Origin: a bacterium
Lineage (GTDB): Bacteria > UBP7 > UBA6624 > JBBIMK01
DNA: 32,000 nucleotides
Assembly (NCBI GenBank): GCA_037444445.1
Contig: JBBIMK010000002.1
Coordinates: 90,001-122,000 of the forward strand
Direction: 5' to 3'
The notes under the pieces were generated by a model. It saw nothing but the letters and a program-made list of their open reading frames with translations, made no database searches and was not told the DNA's origin. The position numbers were made by a program, and so were the translations under genes. Shown here one piece after another: positions 8,776-17,161 of this stretch (positions are counted from its first letter, which is position 1; each line of letters opens with the position of its first letter).

Positions 8776-9763
8776 TCAACCACCATTTCATCAGCACGCC
8801 GCCGTAAGTGAAACCGGCGCCAAAAGCATCCAGAACCACCCAGTCGCCCTTTTTTAACCGTCCCTCATGATAGGCTTCATAAAGGGCTAACGGGATGGAA
8901 GCGGCGGTGGTGTTCCCATATTTATGTATATTGACAAAGAATTTTTCTGGAGGGAGATTAAATTTCTTCCAGGTGGTTTCAATGATGCGTCCATTGGCTT
9001 GATGACAGATGACCAGTCCAATATCTTCTGGCTTCAAGGAATTTCGTTGCAGAAGTTCCTCCAGGACCTCGCCCATGCGCCTGACTGCCCAGGCGAATGT
9101 CTCCCTTCCATTCATTTTGATGAAGTGCAGATGTTGGCGAACCGTGTCTAAGGAAGCAGGTAGTCGCGACCCCCCAGCCGGCATACTGAGCGTTGAAGCA
9201 CCTTCTCCATCTGACCGGAGAATCACATCCCGGATGCCAAACTCCGGGTCTACAGGCTCCAGCATCACGACTCCTGCCCCATCGCCAAAAATGACGCAGG
9301 TTGTTCTATCTTCCCAGTCCACAATTCGTGACATAGTGTCAGCACCGAAAACCAGCAGTTTTTTATGGGTGCCTGATTTGATAAACTGAGCACCGGTGGA
9401 AAGACCGTAAATGAACCCGGCGCATGCCGCCAGCAGGTCCATGGCGCCTGCATTAGAAGCACCAATTTTATGTTGTAAAAGGTTAGCGGTGGTTGGAAAA
9501 ATCATATCCGGCGTTACCGTAGCGACCACAATCAGGTCAATTTCGCGGGGAGAAACCGGGTGATGAACGGATAAATCCAGAAAGGCCTTATACGCTAAGT
9601 CTGAAGTGGCCTCGCTGGGGTCAGCAATATGGCGCTGGTGAATCCCCGTCCGTTCTACAATCCATTCATTGGATGTATCCACCATGCTGGCTAACTCATC
9701 GTTAGTCAGCACTTTCCGCGGGGTGTAAGCTCCCAGTGCGGTGATCCCGACTGAAAATTCCAA
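8768..9763 (-). CDS. fabH: 3-oxoacyl-[ACP] synthase III
   Basis: 331-aa ORF with AACAGF (active-site Cys), HQAN and GNTTAASIPLAL motifs. TTG start at 9761-9763, preceded by SD AGGAG 8 nt upstream. It overlaps the plsX 3' end by 62 nt. Confidence 0.9.
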   Translation of the reverse strand: MEFSVGITALGAYTPRKVLTNDELASMVDTSNEWIVERTGIHQRHIADPSEATSDLAYKAFLDLSVHHPVSPREIDLIVVATVTPDMIFPTTANLLQHKIGASNAGAMDLLAACAGFIYGLSTGAQFIKSGTHKKLLVFGADTMSRIVDWEDRTTCVIFGDGAGVVMLEPVDPEFGIRDVILRSDGEGASTLSMPAGGSRLPASLDTVRQHLHFIKMNGRETFAWAVRRMGEVLEELLQRNSLKPEDIGLVICHQANGRIIETTWKKFNLPPEKFFVNIHKYGNTTAASIPLALYEAYHEGRLKKGDWVVLDAFGAGFTYGGVLMKWWLNG

Positions 9764-10763
9764 TGCCTTTTCTCCTGCCCTCCTGTATTTTTTCTCGTAT
9801 CAGTTCATACACACGATTCTCAACCATTTCTTTGGCCTGGCGGAGAGTCAGATAGATGGAACGAGCAGTAGAAGAACCGTGTGCAACAATGCAAACTCCT
9901 TCAACCCCCAGAAGTGGGGCACCTCCATACTCGTGGTAATCCAGAGTATGTTTAATGCGTTCAATGGTGTGACGATAAAGCATCAGCAGAGGTAATTGCG
10001 CCCATTTGCTTTTGGGCAATTCCCGGTAAATGACTCGCTTCAGAACCCCGCCCACGCCTTCCGTAGCCTTCAAAACCACATTTCCAGTAAAACCGTCGCA
10101 AACCAGCACATCCACATTTCCTACAAATAATTCCCGCCCTTCCACATTTCCGATGAAATTCAGGCTGGAATTTTTCAAAAGAAAATAGGCTTTTTTCATG
10201 AGGGCATTACCCTTACCCGGTTCTACTCCCACATTTACCAGCCCGATCCGCGGCCTTTCTTTTCTTTCTACCGCTTTCATATATGCCTCACCCATAATAG
10301 CAAAATCCAGAAGGTGGCGAGGATTACAGTCCATATTGGCGCCAGCATCCAGAAGAATCACTTTATCTTTTAAGGAAGGAAGGATGGCACCGAAGCAAGG
10401 GCGTAAAATTCCTGGCATCCGCAGGTAACGAAGAGCGGCCGCCATAAATGCCCCAGAATTTCCCGCAGATACCGATGCATCCGCGTACCCTTCTGTCACC
10501 AGTCGACTTACCACGCTGATGGAGGAGTTCTGTTTCTCTTTCATCACTATCGTAGGTGCCTCATCCATCCTTACCACATCGGGAGCATGATAAATTTCTA
10601 TATGTGACGTCTCGGAGGGGGATTTTTTTTTCAAAATTTCATGAACCACTGGATAGGGACCCACGGCGATAACCTGGATCCCTAAATCTCTGGCTTTCAC
10701 GGCACCCCAGAGTATTTCTTCCGGTGCCTTATCCCCACCCATTACATCTAAGGCTATCCGCAT
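9702..10763 (-). CDS. plsX: phosphate acyltransferase PlsX
   Basis: MRIALDVMGGDKAPEE is a typical PlsX N-terminus. I trimmed the start to the ATG at 10763, because the upstream 34 codons of the tracked ORF read through the tRNA-Glu gene. Context is plsX-fabH-fabD-fabG. Confidence 0.88.
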   Translation of the reverse strand: MRIALDVMGGDKAPEEILWGAVKARDLGIQVIAVGPYPVVHEILKKKSPSETSHIEIYHAPDVVRMDEAPTIVMKEKQNSSISVVSRLVTEGYADASVSAGNSGAFMAAALRYLRMPGILRPCFGAILPSLKDKVILLDAGANMDCNPRHLLDFAIMGEAYMKAVERKERPRIGLVNVGVEPGKGNALMKKAYFLLKNSSLNFIGNVEGRELFVGNVDVLVCDGFTGNVVLKATEGVGGVLKRVIYRELPKSKWAQLPLLMLYRHTIERIKHTLDYHEYGGAPLLGVEGVCIVAHGSSTARSIYLTLRQAKEMVENRVYELIREKIQEGRRKGIGIFSRDHRTGSLHPAESAD

Positions 10764-10810
10764 GCCTGCCTCTAACTCTATCGCATTTTCACTTCTTCTG
10801 CAACTGATTA

Positions 10811-10884
10811 CGGCTCCAAGGGGATTTGAACCCCTTTTTCCACCTTGAGAGGGTGGCGTCCTCACCGGGTTAGACGATGGAGCC
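10811..10884 (-). tRNA. tRNA-Glu (anticodon CUC)
   Basis: I folded this by hand into a 74-nt cloverleaf.
- Acceptor stem GGCTCCA/TGGAGCC.
- D stem GTCT/GGAC.
- Anticodon stem CCACC/GGTGG with loop CTCTCAA (anticodon CTC).
- T arm AGGGG-TTCAAAT-CCCCT.
- Discriminator G; CCA is not encoded. Confidence 0.9.
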
Positions 10885-10910
10885 TTTCCTTTTCCCTCTT
10901 CATTTTTCTG

Positions 10911-10919
10911 ATTATATCA
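10911..10919 (-). promoter_or_regulatory. extended -10 promoter element (TGATATAAT) upstream of tRNA-Glu and plsX
   Basis: The minus strand reads TGATATAAT. The -10 hexamer ends 26 nt upstream of the mature tRNA 5' end. There is no convincing -35. Confidence 0.45.
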
Positions 10920-10966
10920 TAAAGGTAACTTTTTCAGGTTTCCTTGCTCCTTACAGCCCGGACGGG

Positions 10967-12511
10967 TTAAAGTTTTTCTGAAATGGTTTTCCCTTGAAGG
11001 AAGTGCAGGAGATAATCCCGTCCTCCTGCTTTGGAACCAGTTCCACTCATATTGAAACCACCGAATGGGTGAGCACCCACCAGCGCTCCTGTGCACTTCC
11101 GATTGATGTAAAGATTACCGCAGTGGAATCGTTTCTTCGCTTCGGAGATTTTTTCTCGGTTTCGGCTGTAAAAAGAGCCTGTCAAACCATACTCCGTTCC
11201 ATTGGCAATTTCCACCGCTTCCTGAAAGTTTCTGGCTTTTAGTATGGAAAGCACGGGACCAAAAATTTCTTCCTGTGCTAAACGGCTTTGTGGTCTGATG
11301 TCGGTAAAGAGGGTGGGGGAGATATAAAAACCGTTTCCCGGTGCCTTCTTCCCTCCCCAGAGAAGTTTTCCTTCTTTCTTTCCGATTTCAATATATTCCA
11401 GGATTTTCTTTTCCGCTCCAGCGTTGATCACCGGGCCCATAAAATGATTTTCCTTTGCAGGCCCAATAGATAGAGCCTTCGTCTTTTCAACAATTTGTTC
11501 CACCGTTTTCTCATATATCTTTTCGTCCAGTATAGCGCGGGAGCAGGCGGAGCATTTTTGCCCCTGAAAGCCGAAGGCGGAAACAACAATTCCCTGCGCC
11601 GCTGCTTCAATATCTGCCTCCGAGTCCACTACAATTGCATCTTTCCCACCCATTTCAGCAATAACCCGCTTGAGCCAGATTTGCCCCTTTTGAATTTTTG
11701 AAGCCAATTCGTAAATGTGCGAGCCCACCTCCCGAGAGCCAGTAAAGGCGACCATCCGGGTTTGAGGATGAGCCACCAGGTAATCTCCTACCGTTCCCCC
11801 GGGCCCGGTTACAAAGTTCAAAACTCCAGCAGGTAGCCCCACTTCCTCCATCAAGCAGTAGAATTGCCAGCCCACTGCAGGAGAATCACTGGATGGTTTT
11901 AAGATGACCGTGTTTCCCGTTACTAACGCTCCCAGCGACATGCCCGCTAAAATTGCCAGAGGAAAGTTCCATGGAGGTATGACTACCACCGGTCCCAGGG
12001 GAATATATACCAGTTCATTTATCTCACCGGGCAAAGGAGTGACGGGCTGGGGTTCTGAAAGTCTGAGCATTTCCCTTGCGTAAAATTCAAAGTAATCAAT
12101 GGCTTCTGCCACATCTGCATCCGCTTCTACCCAGTTTTTGCCCACCTCCAAAACCTGCCAGGCAGACAGTTCAAATTTCTTTTTCCGCGCCAGTTCTGCT
12201 GCCTTGAAAAGGTAAGCGGCTCGCTCTTCCGCTGGCACATATCGCCAGAAATCAAAGGCCTTCACGGCCGTGGTGATGGCTTTCTCCGCTTCTGCCGTGC
12301 CCGCCTTTTGAAAGATGCCCACGACTTCTTCTTTTTCAGATGGGTTGATACTTCTGAATTTATCTGCGGTCTTAATTTTTTTCCCTCCTATAACAAGAGG
12401 ATACTCCCTCCCTGTTTCCTTCTGCACTTTTCGCAAGGCTTCCTGCATCCGCAGTTTGTTAGCTTCTTCCGTGAAATCCGTTAAAGGTTCATTCTGAAAT
12501 TCCGGCAACAT
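10967..12511 (-). CDS. pruA: L-glutamate gamma-semialdehyde (1-pyrroline-5-carboxylate) dehydrogenase, aldehyde dehydrogenase family
   Basis: 514-aa ORF. The N-terminus (FQNEPLTDFTEE...YPLVIGGK) and overall length match the monofunctional P5CDH (RocA/PruA) type. ALDH motifs are present: FTGS, EMGGKD, and the catalytic Cys in GQKCSA. Confidence 0.85.
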   Translation of the reverse strand: MLPEFQNEPLTDFTEEANKLRMQEALRKVQKETGREYPLVIGGKKIKTADKFRSINPSEKEEVVGIFQKAGTAEAEKAITTAVKAFDFWRYVPAEERAAYLFKAAELARKKKFELSAWQVLEVGKNWVEADADVAEAIDYFEFYAREMLRLSEPQPVTPLPGEINELVYIPLGPVVVIPPWNFPLAILAGMSLGALVTGNTVILKPSSDSPAVGWQFYCLMEEVGLPAGVLNFVTGPGGTVGDYLVAHPQTRMVAFTGSREVGSHIYELASKIQKGQIWLKRVIAEMGGKDAIVVDSEADIEAAAQGIVVSAFGFQGQKCSACSRAILDEKIYEKTVEQIVEKTKALSIGPAKENHFMGPVINAGAEKKILEYIEIGKKEGKLLWGGKKAPGNGFYISPTLFTDIRPQSRLAQEEIFGPVLSILKARNFQEAVEIANGTEYGLTGSFYSRNREKISEAKKRFHCGNLYINRKCTGALVGAHPFGGFNMSGTGSKAGGRDYLLHFLQGKTISEKL

Positions 12512-12548
12512 ATTCTCCTTCCTCCTGACTTTTCAAATATCCAGATAA

Positions 12549-12577
12549 TATATAGCAGATAAAGGGAGTAGAATCAA
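12549..12577 (-). promoter_or_regulatory. putative sigma-70 promoter for pruA
   Basis: The minus strand reads TTGATT, a 17-nt spacer, then TATATA. The -10 lies 37 nt upstream of the ATG, with SD GGAGGAAGGAG in between. Confidence 0.45.
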
Positions 12578-12601
12578 CGAGAAGGGTAGGGAATGGACAA
12601 A

Positions 12602-14482
12602 CTAAACCTCCACCTTTTTTGCTTGTTTGTAAAGATAAATCATTAGAGTGGTGATGTCAGAAGAGCGAACCCCCGGAATCCGACAGGCTTGCCCGATGGA
12701 GCGGGGGCGGACCCGGGAGAGTTTCTCCCGGGCTTCGTGGGTTAAACTCGGTATCTTCCAGTAGTCCAGGTCCTCGGGCAGAATCTTCTCTTCCATTTTC
12801 CCCAGTTTTTCAACCATCTTTTGCTCTTTTACAAGATACCCCTGATACTTGATTTCTGTTTCAATAAAATGGATTTCTTCCGGCGTGAGAGAGGGGTTAG
12901 AGTATCCTCGGAGAGAGGCATAAGAGTAGTCAGGACGTTTCAACAACTGGATGGCTTGTATCCGCTCGCCGTTGAGGCCTGGTAAAATCTCGGATAGGGG
13001 AATCCACAATTTCTCCAGCCTTTGCACTTCCTCAAAGATACGCTGATATTTTTGGTGAAAGCGCTGATACTGTTCCTTCGGAATGAGGCCCAGGGAATAA
13101 CCTTTTGGAGTGAGGCGTTGGTCAGCATTATCCCATCTTAAAAGGAGACGGTGCTCGGCTCTGGCCGTGAAGATTCGGTAGGGCTCCAGAGTTCCTTTCG
13201 TGACCAGGTCATCCACCATCACTCCAATGTAAGCCTCGTGCCGGGACAGGATGAAAGGGGATTTTCCCAGCACTTTCAAAGCGGCGTTAATGCCGGCGAC
13301 AATCCCTTGCCCCCCCGCTTCCTCGTACCCACTGGTTCCGTTAATCTGACCTGCAAGGAAGAGCCCTTCTATTTTCTTTGTTTCCAGGGTGGGCTTTAAC
13401 TGCTGGGGATACACCACATCATACTCAATAGCATACCCGGGTCTTAAAATCTCTGCGTTTTCTAAGCCCGGGATAGAGTGAATCATCTCCCATTGAACCT
13501 CTTCAGGCAGGCTATTTGACGCCCCTGCCACATAATATTCCTCCGTATTCAATCCCTCGGGCTCTAAAAAAATGTGATGCTGTTCTTTATGGGAAAATTT
13601 CACAACCTTATCCTCAATAGAGGGGCAGTAACGAGCCCCAGTTCCTACGATGTGTCCTCCATACATCGCTGAACGATGAAGATTGGCTTCTATGATGGAC
13701 TTCGTTTTTAGAGTAGTGTGAGTAACAAAGCAGGGAATTTTGGGGAGAGTGTGTGACGGTGGGTCATAGGAGAAATGATGAATTTCCGAAGGCTGTTCCA
13801 GAGATTGCATTTTTGAGAAGTCAATTGTTCGCTTATTGAGCCGTGGAGGGGTTCCTGTCTTAAATCTGCCCATCTCAAAACCGTTTTTTTCCAGGAAAGC
13901 TCCCAGCGCATCGGCAGGGGCTTCGCCCCGTCTACCCGCAGGATATTTCATTTCTCCGATGTGAATTAAGCCTCTTAGAAAAGTGCCAGTGGTAATGACA
14001 ACTGTTTTACTGCGGTAGATGACACCGGTTCGCACCTTCACACCTGCAATCCGGTTCCCCTGGAGCAGAAATTCTTCCACCGTGGCTTCCTTCAAATCTA
14101 AGTGTTCCTGATTCTCCAGGAGATGCTTCATAGCGGCCTGATAAGCCTTTTTATCGGCTTGTGCTCGGAGGGCTCGAACGGCTGGTCCTTTGCTTTCATT
14201 CAAAAATCGCACATGGATATTGGTGGCATCAATGGTTTTGCCCATCACCCCGCCGAGGGCATCAATTTCCCTTGTAATGTGCCCCTTTCCTGCCCCTCCG
14301 ATGCTCGGGTTACAAGCCATATGGCCAACATTATCCAAATTGGTGGTGAGCACCAGAGTTTCGCATCCCATTTTCGCCGAAGCTGCAGCGGCTTCTATGC
14401 CCGCATGCCCGGCTCCTACCACAATTACATCGTAGATTTTTGGATATATCCACCCTTCAGCCATTGCAAAACTGTTTTCCAT
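12602..14482 (-). CDS. mnmG: tRNA uridine-5-carboxymethylaminomethyl (cmnm5U34) synthesis enzyme MnmG/GidA
   Basis: 626-aa ORF with the FAD-binding N-terminus YDVIVVGAGHAGIEAA, then NPSIGGxxKGH, GPRYCPSIEDK-like (GARYCPSIEDK) and GQINGTSGYEEA motifs. Confidence 0.95.
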   Translation of the reverse strand: MENSFAMAEGWIYPKIYDVIVVGAGHAGIEAAAASAKMGCETLVLTTNLDNVGHMACNPSIGGAGKGHITREIDALGGVMGKTIDATNIHVRFLNESKGPAVRALRAQADKKAYQAAMKHLLENQEHLDLKEATVEEFLLQGNRIAGVKVRTGVIYRSKTVVITTGTFLRGLIHIGEMKYPAGRRGEAPADALGAFLEKNGFEMGRFKTGTPPRLNKRTIDFSKMQSLEQPSEIHHFSYDPPSHTLPKIPCFVTHTTLKTKSIIEANLHRSAMYGGHIVGTGARYCPSIEDKVVKFSHKEQHHIFLEPEGLNTEEYYVAGASNSLPEEVQWEMIHSIPGLENAEILRPGYAIEYDVVYPQQLKPTLETKKIEGLFLAGQINGTSGYEEAGGQGIVAGINAALKVLGKSPFILSRHEAYIGVMVDDLVTKGTLEPYRIFTARAEHRLLLRWDNADQRLTPKGYSLGLIPKEQYQRFHQKYQRIFEEVQRLEKLWIPLSEILPGLNGERIQAIQLLKRPDYSYASLRGYSNPSLTPEEIHFIETEIKYQGYLVKEQKMVEKLGKMEEKILPEDLDYWKIPSLTHEAREKLSRVRPRSIGQACRIPGVRSSDITTLMIYLYKQAKKVEV

Positions 14483-14559
14483 ATTATTCTATCACATCTG
14501 CTTTTCTGCGAGATATGCCAGAATTCTGTCCGGCTTTCTCTCCCCTTTGAAACTTATGA

Positions 14560-14568
14560 TGATATAAT
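14560..14568 (+). promoter_or_regulatory. extended -10 promoter element (TGATATAAT) for the 14622-17610 plus-strand block
   Basis: TGATATAAT lies 53 nt upstream of the ATG at 14622, with SD AGGAGG at 14606-14611. It sits in the divergent region shared with mnmG. Confidence 0.45.
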
Positions 14569-14621
14569 TAAGAGGGTTGTGAGAGGAACGAACCAAAGGA
14601 AAAGCAGGAGGCTTTTATAAC

Positions 14622-15251
14622 ATGTGGGAGGAAAACAAATTTACGATTTTGTTAATTATAGGGATTTTGGTTATTTTTTTCATTTTCATTGCCCGTCCAA
14701 ATCAACTGAATTCACTGCTTTCCGCCGTCATGCCGGAAAAAGACCGGGTGGCCATTCAGGTTCTGGATGTGGTAAAAATTCGCCCGGGTTCAAAGCCCAC
14801 AGAAATACTGGAAACCCTGGTGGCATTTATCCAGAAACACGGTGGTGTGACCCGGGATGAGGCAATTGAGATGGCAAAAATCCCTTCCACTCAATTTCGC
14901 GGTGGACTCCTTTACGCAGAGGTTGTGGCAAGTGAAGTTCATACGATCCCTGTGGGCCAGAAATATCTGCTCTTTACCATGGTGGATATTCCACCGGAGA
15001 AGATTCTGGTAGTGGATTATGAGCCAGATTTAATGGGATATATCTTTTACCCGCAGGTAAGCATTGGCGGGTCTCAGCCGATTTATATTTCTACGGGTAA
15101 TCCGGAATTACCGAAATACCTTACGACAGGTATGAGTCGGGTGCTTGTGGCGATGGGAGAGGTGCGGAAGAAAGGTTATTCAGATTGGGCTTTTTTCCGC
15201 CGTTCCCGCAAGGCTTCCGCACCTTCGCCAACCGCTTCAAAATCGCCCTGA
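14622..15251 (+). CDS. hypothetical membrane-anchored protein (single N-terminal TM helix), no recognisable domain
   Basis: 209-aa ORF with a good SD. It has an N-terminal hydrophobic helix (FTILLIIGILVIFFIFIA) followed by a soluble region I cannot assign. It ends 16 nt before mrp. Confidence 0.65.
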   Translation: MWEENKFTILLIIGILVIFFIFIARPNQLNSLLSAVMPEKDRVAIQVLDVVKIRPGSKPTEILETLVAFIQKHGGVTRDEAIEMAKIPSTQFRGGLLYAEVVASEVHTIPVGQKYLLFTMVDIPPEKILVVDYEPDLMGYIFYPQVSIGGSQPIYISTGNPELPKYLTTGMSRVLVAMGEVRKKGYSDWAFFRRSRKASAPSPTASKSP

Positions 15252-15267
15252 AGGGGGGAAGGCATAG

Positions 15268-16344
15268 ATGTTTAACTCTATCACGAAAGAGAGAGTGTTC
15301 CGGGTTCTGGAACAGGTAATGGACCCGGAGGTGGGTCGCTCCATTGTGGAATTAAATATGGTTCGGTCGGTGGAGATTGAGAACAGTCGGGTCTCGGTGG
15401 AAATTGCCTTAACCGTCAGAGGTTGCCCTCTGGCGAAGACCCTGGAAGAGGATGTCAGACTCGCCGTCCAAACCATCCCGGGAGTTTCTGAAGTGATTGT
15501 TAAAATGGGCACGATGGGTCCAGAGGAACTTCAGCGCTTTGTAGGGCAAATTAAGGCCCGTCACCCTCAGGCTGGCACAGAACACACTCGGCATATTGTT
15601 GCTGTCGGGAGCGGAAAGGGTGGGGTAGGGAAGTCCACCATCGCATTGAATCTTGCTCTATCGTTTCTCAAATTGGGGAAAAAAGTTGGGCTTTTTGACG
15701 CAGATATCTGGGGACCTTCTATCGCCAAGATGCTAAATCTTCGGGATATGCCCACTGCTTTAGCCGATAATCTCATTGAACCCCTGGAAGTCTTTCAGAT
15801 GAAGGTCATGACCTTTGGCACGATTCTCCGAGAAAATCAACCCGTCATCTGGCGGGGCCCTATGGCTCATAAAGCCATTGAGCAGTTCTTGCTGGATACC
15901 CTCTGGGGAGAACTGGACTACCTGATAGTGGATTTACCACCGGGAACCGGTGATGTGGCCATCTCCGTAAGCCAGTTAGCCAGAATAGACGGTGCGGTTC
16001 TGGTGACAACCCCCCAGGAAGTTGCCGCTCTGGATGTTCGGAAAGCCATAAATATGTTCCGGAGTATGGGCGTTCGCATTTTAGGAGTGGTGGAAAATAT
16101 GGCTTATTTCCGATGCTCTCGCTGCTTAGAAAAGCATTTTATCTTTGGGAAAAATGGAGCGCAAACTCTTTCTGACTTAGAGCATGTCCCCGTTCTTGGG
16201 CAGGTGCCTCTGGATATTACTCTCATGGAAGCAGAAGATAAAGGATTTCCCTTCATGTTCAATGTTAGTGAAAACAATGAAGCGTATTCGGCTCTATTGA
16301 ACATCGCCCGAAATATCTATCAAATTTTCGAGCCTACTCACTAA
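15268..16344 (+). CDS. apbC: Fe-S cluster carrier ATPase, Mrp/ApbC/NBP35 family, with N-terminal DUF59 (MIP18-like) domain
   Basis: 358-aa ORF with three elements: a DUF59-like N-terminus (VMDPEVGRSIVELNMV), a deviant Walker A (GSGKGGVGKST), and the cluster-ligand CxxC (CSRC). Confidence 0.9.
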   Translation: MFNSITKERVFRVLEQVMDPEVGRSIVELNMVRSVEIENSRVSVEIALTVRGCPLAKTLEEDVRLAVQTIPGVSEVIVKMGTMGPEELQRFVGQIKARHPQAGTEHTRHIVAVGSGKGGVGKSTIALNLALSFLKLGKKVGLFDADIWGPSIAKMLNLRDMPTALADNLIEPLEVFQMKVMTFGTILRENQPVIWRGPMAHKAIEQFLLDTLWGELDYLIVDLPPGTGDVAISVSQLARIDGAVLVTTPQEVAALDVRKAINMFRSMGVRILGVVENMAYFRCSRCLEKHFIFGKNGAQTLSDLEHVPVLGQVPLDITLMEAEDKGFPFMFNVSENNEAYSALLNIARNIYQIFEPTH

Positions 16345-16412
16345 GAAATCGTAGTTTTTGTAAAACCTTCTTTCAGGGAATTTTTTTCTTTAATCATATA
16401 TACTTTTATGGT

Positions 16413-16892
16413 GTGAGGCAGGGAACCTGGTACATCGGGGTTTGTGGAGCAATGGAGGCAGGAGAGGAAGAAAAGGCTATTGCAGAAAGAGTAGGGCGAG
16501 AAGTCGCTCGTAAGGGAGCCATCCTGGTTACAGGTGGATTATCAGGAGTCATGGAAAAAGCCTCTGAAGGAGCGTGGAAAGAACAAGGTAGAGTGGTGGG
16601 AATTCTTCCGGGTGCTTCTCGTGTGGAGGCTAATCCTTATATTCATGTGGCTATAGCCACCAACATGGGGCATGCCCGGAACGTCATTTTAGTTCACACC
16701 GTGGATGGTATCCTGGTTGTGGGAGGTGAAGCGGGCACTCTCTCCGAAATAGCCCTTGCGGTTAAACTCCGAAAGCCTGTAGTCATCGTTAAAGGCTGGC
16801 AAGAATTACAGAGCAGTTTTTCTCAGGTTTTCTACCAGCCTGACCCCGAAAAAGCCGTGCAGGATTTGTTACAATTACTGAATAGAGGATGA
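16413..16892 (+). CDS. TIGR00725-like LOG/SLOG-superfamily Rossmann protein (lysine-decarboxylase-like fold)
   Basis: 159-aa ORF carrying the LOG-type motifs TGGLSGVMEKASEGA (GGxxGxM) and VGGEAGTLSEI (PGGxGTxxE-like). GTG start with no obvious SD. A TATATA box lies 11 nt upstream, so the start and leader are uncertain. Confidence 0.7.
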   Translation: MRQGTWYIGVCGAMEAGEEEKAIAERVGREVARKGAILVTGGLSGVMEKASEGAWKEQGRVVGILPGASRVEANPYIHVAIATNMGHARNVILVHTVDGILVVGGEAGTLSEIALAVKLRKPVVIVKGWQELQSSFSQVFYQPDPEKAVQDLLQLLNRG

Positions 16893-17161
16893 TTAAAAAA
16901 TTGGTGGCAAGAGTGAGAGGAAAAGTGCAAGGAGTTGGATACCGGTTCTTCGTGCAACACCAGGCTGCACTTCTGGGGTTAAAGGGTGTGGCACGGAATC
17001 AGTTGGATGGGTCCGTTGAGGTGATTCTGGAGGGGGAGGAAGAGAAATTGAGAAAAATCCTCCGTCTACTTCACATAGGTCCTCCACTTTCCAGGGTGAT
17101 TTCTGTAGAGCATTCCTTCCACGAAGCCAGCGGTGAATTTATAGATATTGAGGTAGAGTAG
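16889..17161 (+). CDS. acyP: acylphosphatase
   Basis: 90-aa ORF with the acylphosphatase signature VRGKVQGVGYRFF and GxxRNxxDGSVE (GVARNQLDGSVE). Its ATG overlaps the upstream TGA (ATGA at 16889-16892). Confidence 0.88.
   Translation: MIKKLVARVRGKVQGVGYRFFVQHQAALLGLKGVARNQLDGSVEVILEGEEEKLRKILRLLHIGPPLSRVISVEHSFHEASGEFIDIEVE

Noticed and set aside
10764-10865. N-terminal 34-codon extension of the plsX ORF (MRTPPSQGGKRGSNPLGAV...).
   Set aside because: The extension is the translation of the tRNA-Glu gene (10811-10884). The canonical PlsX N-terminus MRIALDVMGGD begins at 10763.
14102-14620. 172-aa plus-strand ORF overlapping the 5' part of mnmG.
   Set aside because: It is antisense to the highly conserved FAD-binding region of MnmG, and its product has no motifs. 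Most of it is the mirror frame of a strongly supported gene.
14483-14621. Possible replication origin, because mnmG (gidA) is often oriC-proximal.
   Set aside because: I found no cluster of DnaA boxes (TTATCCACA or its complement) in this or neighbouring intergenic regions. There is also no dnaA, dnaN or rsmG, and no AT-rich unwinding repeats.
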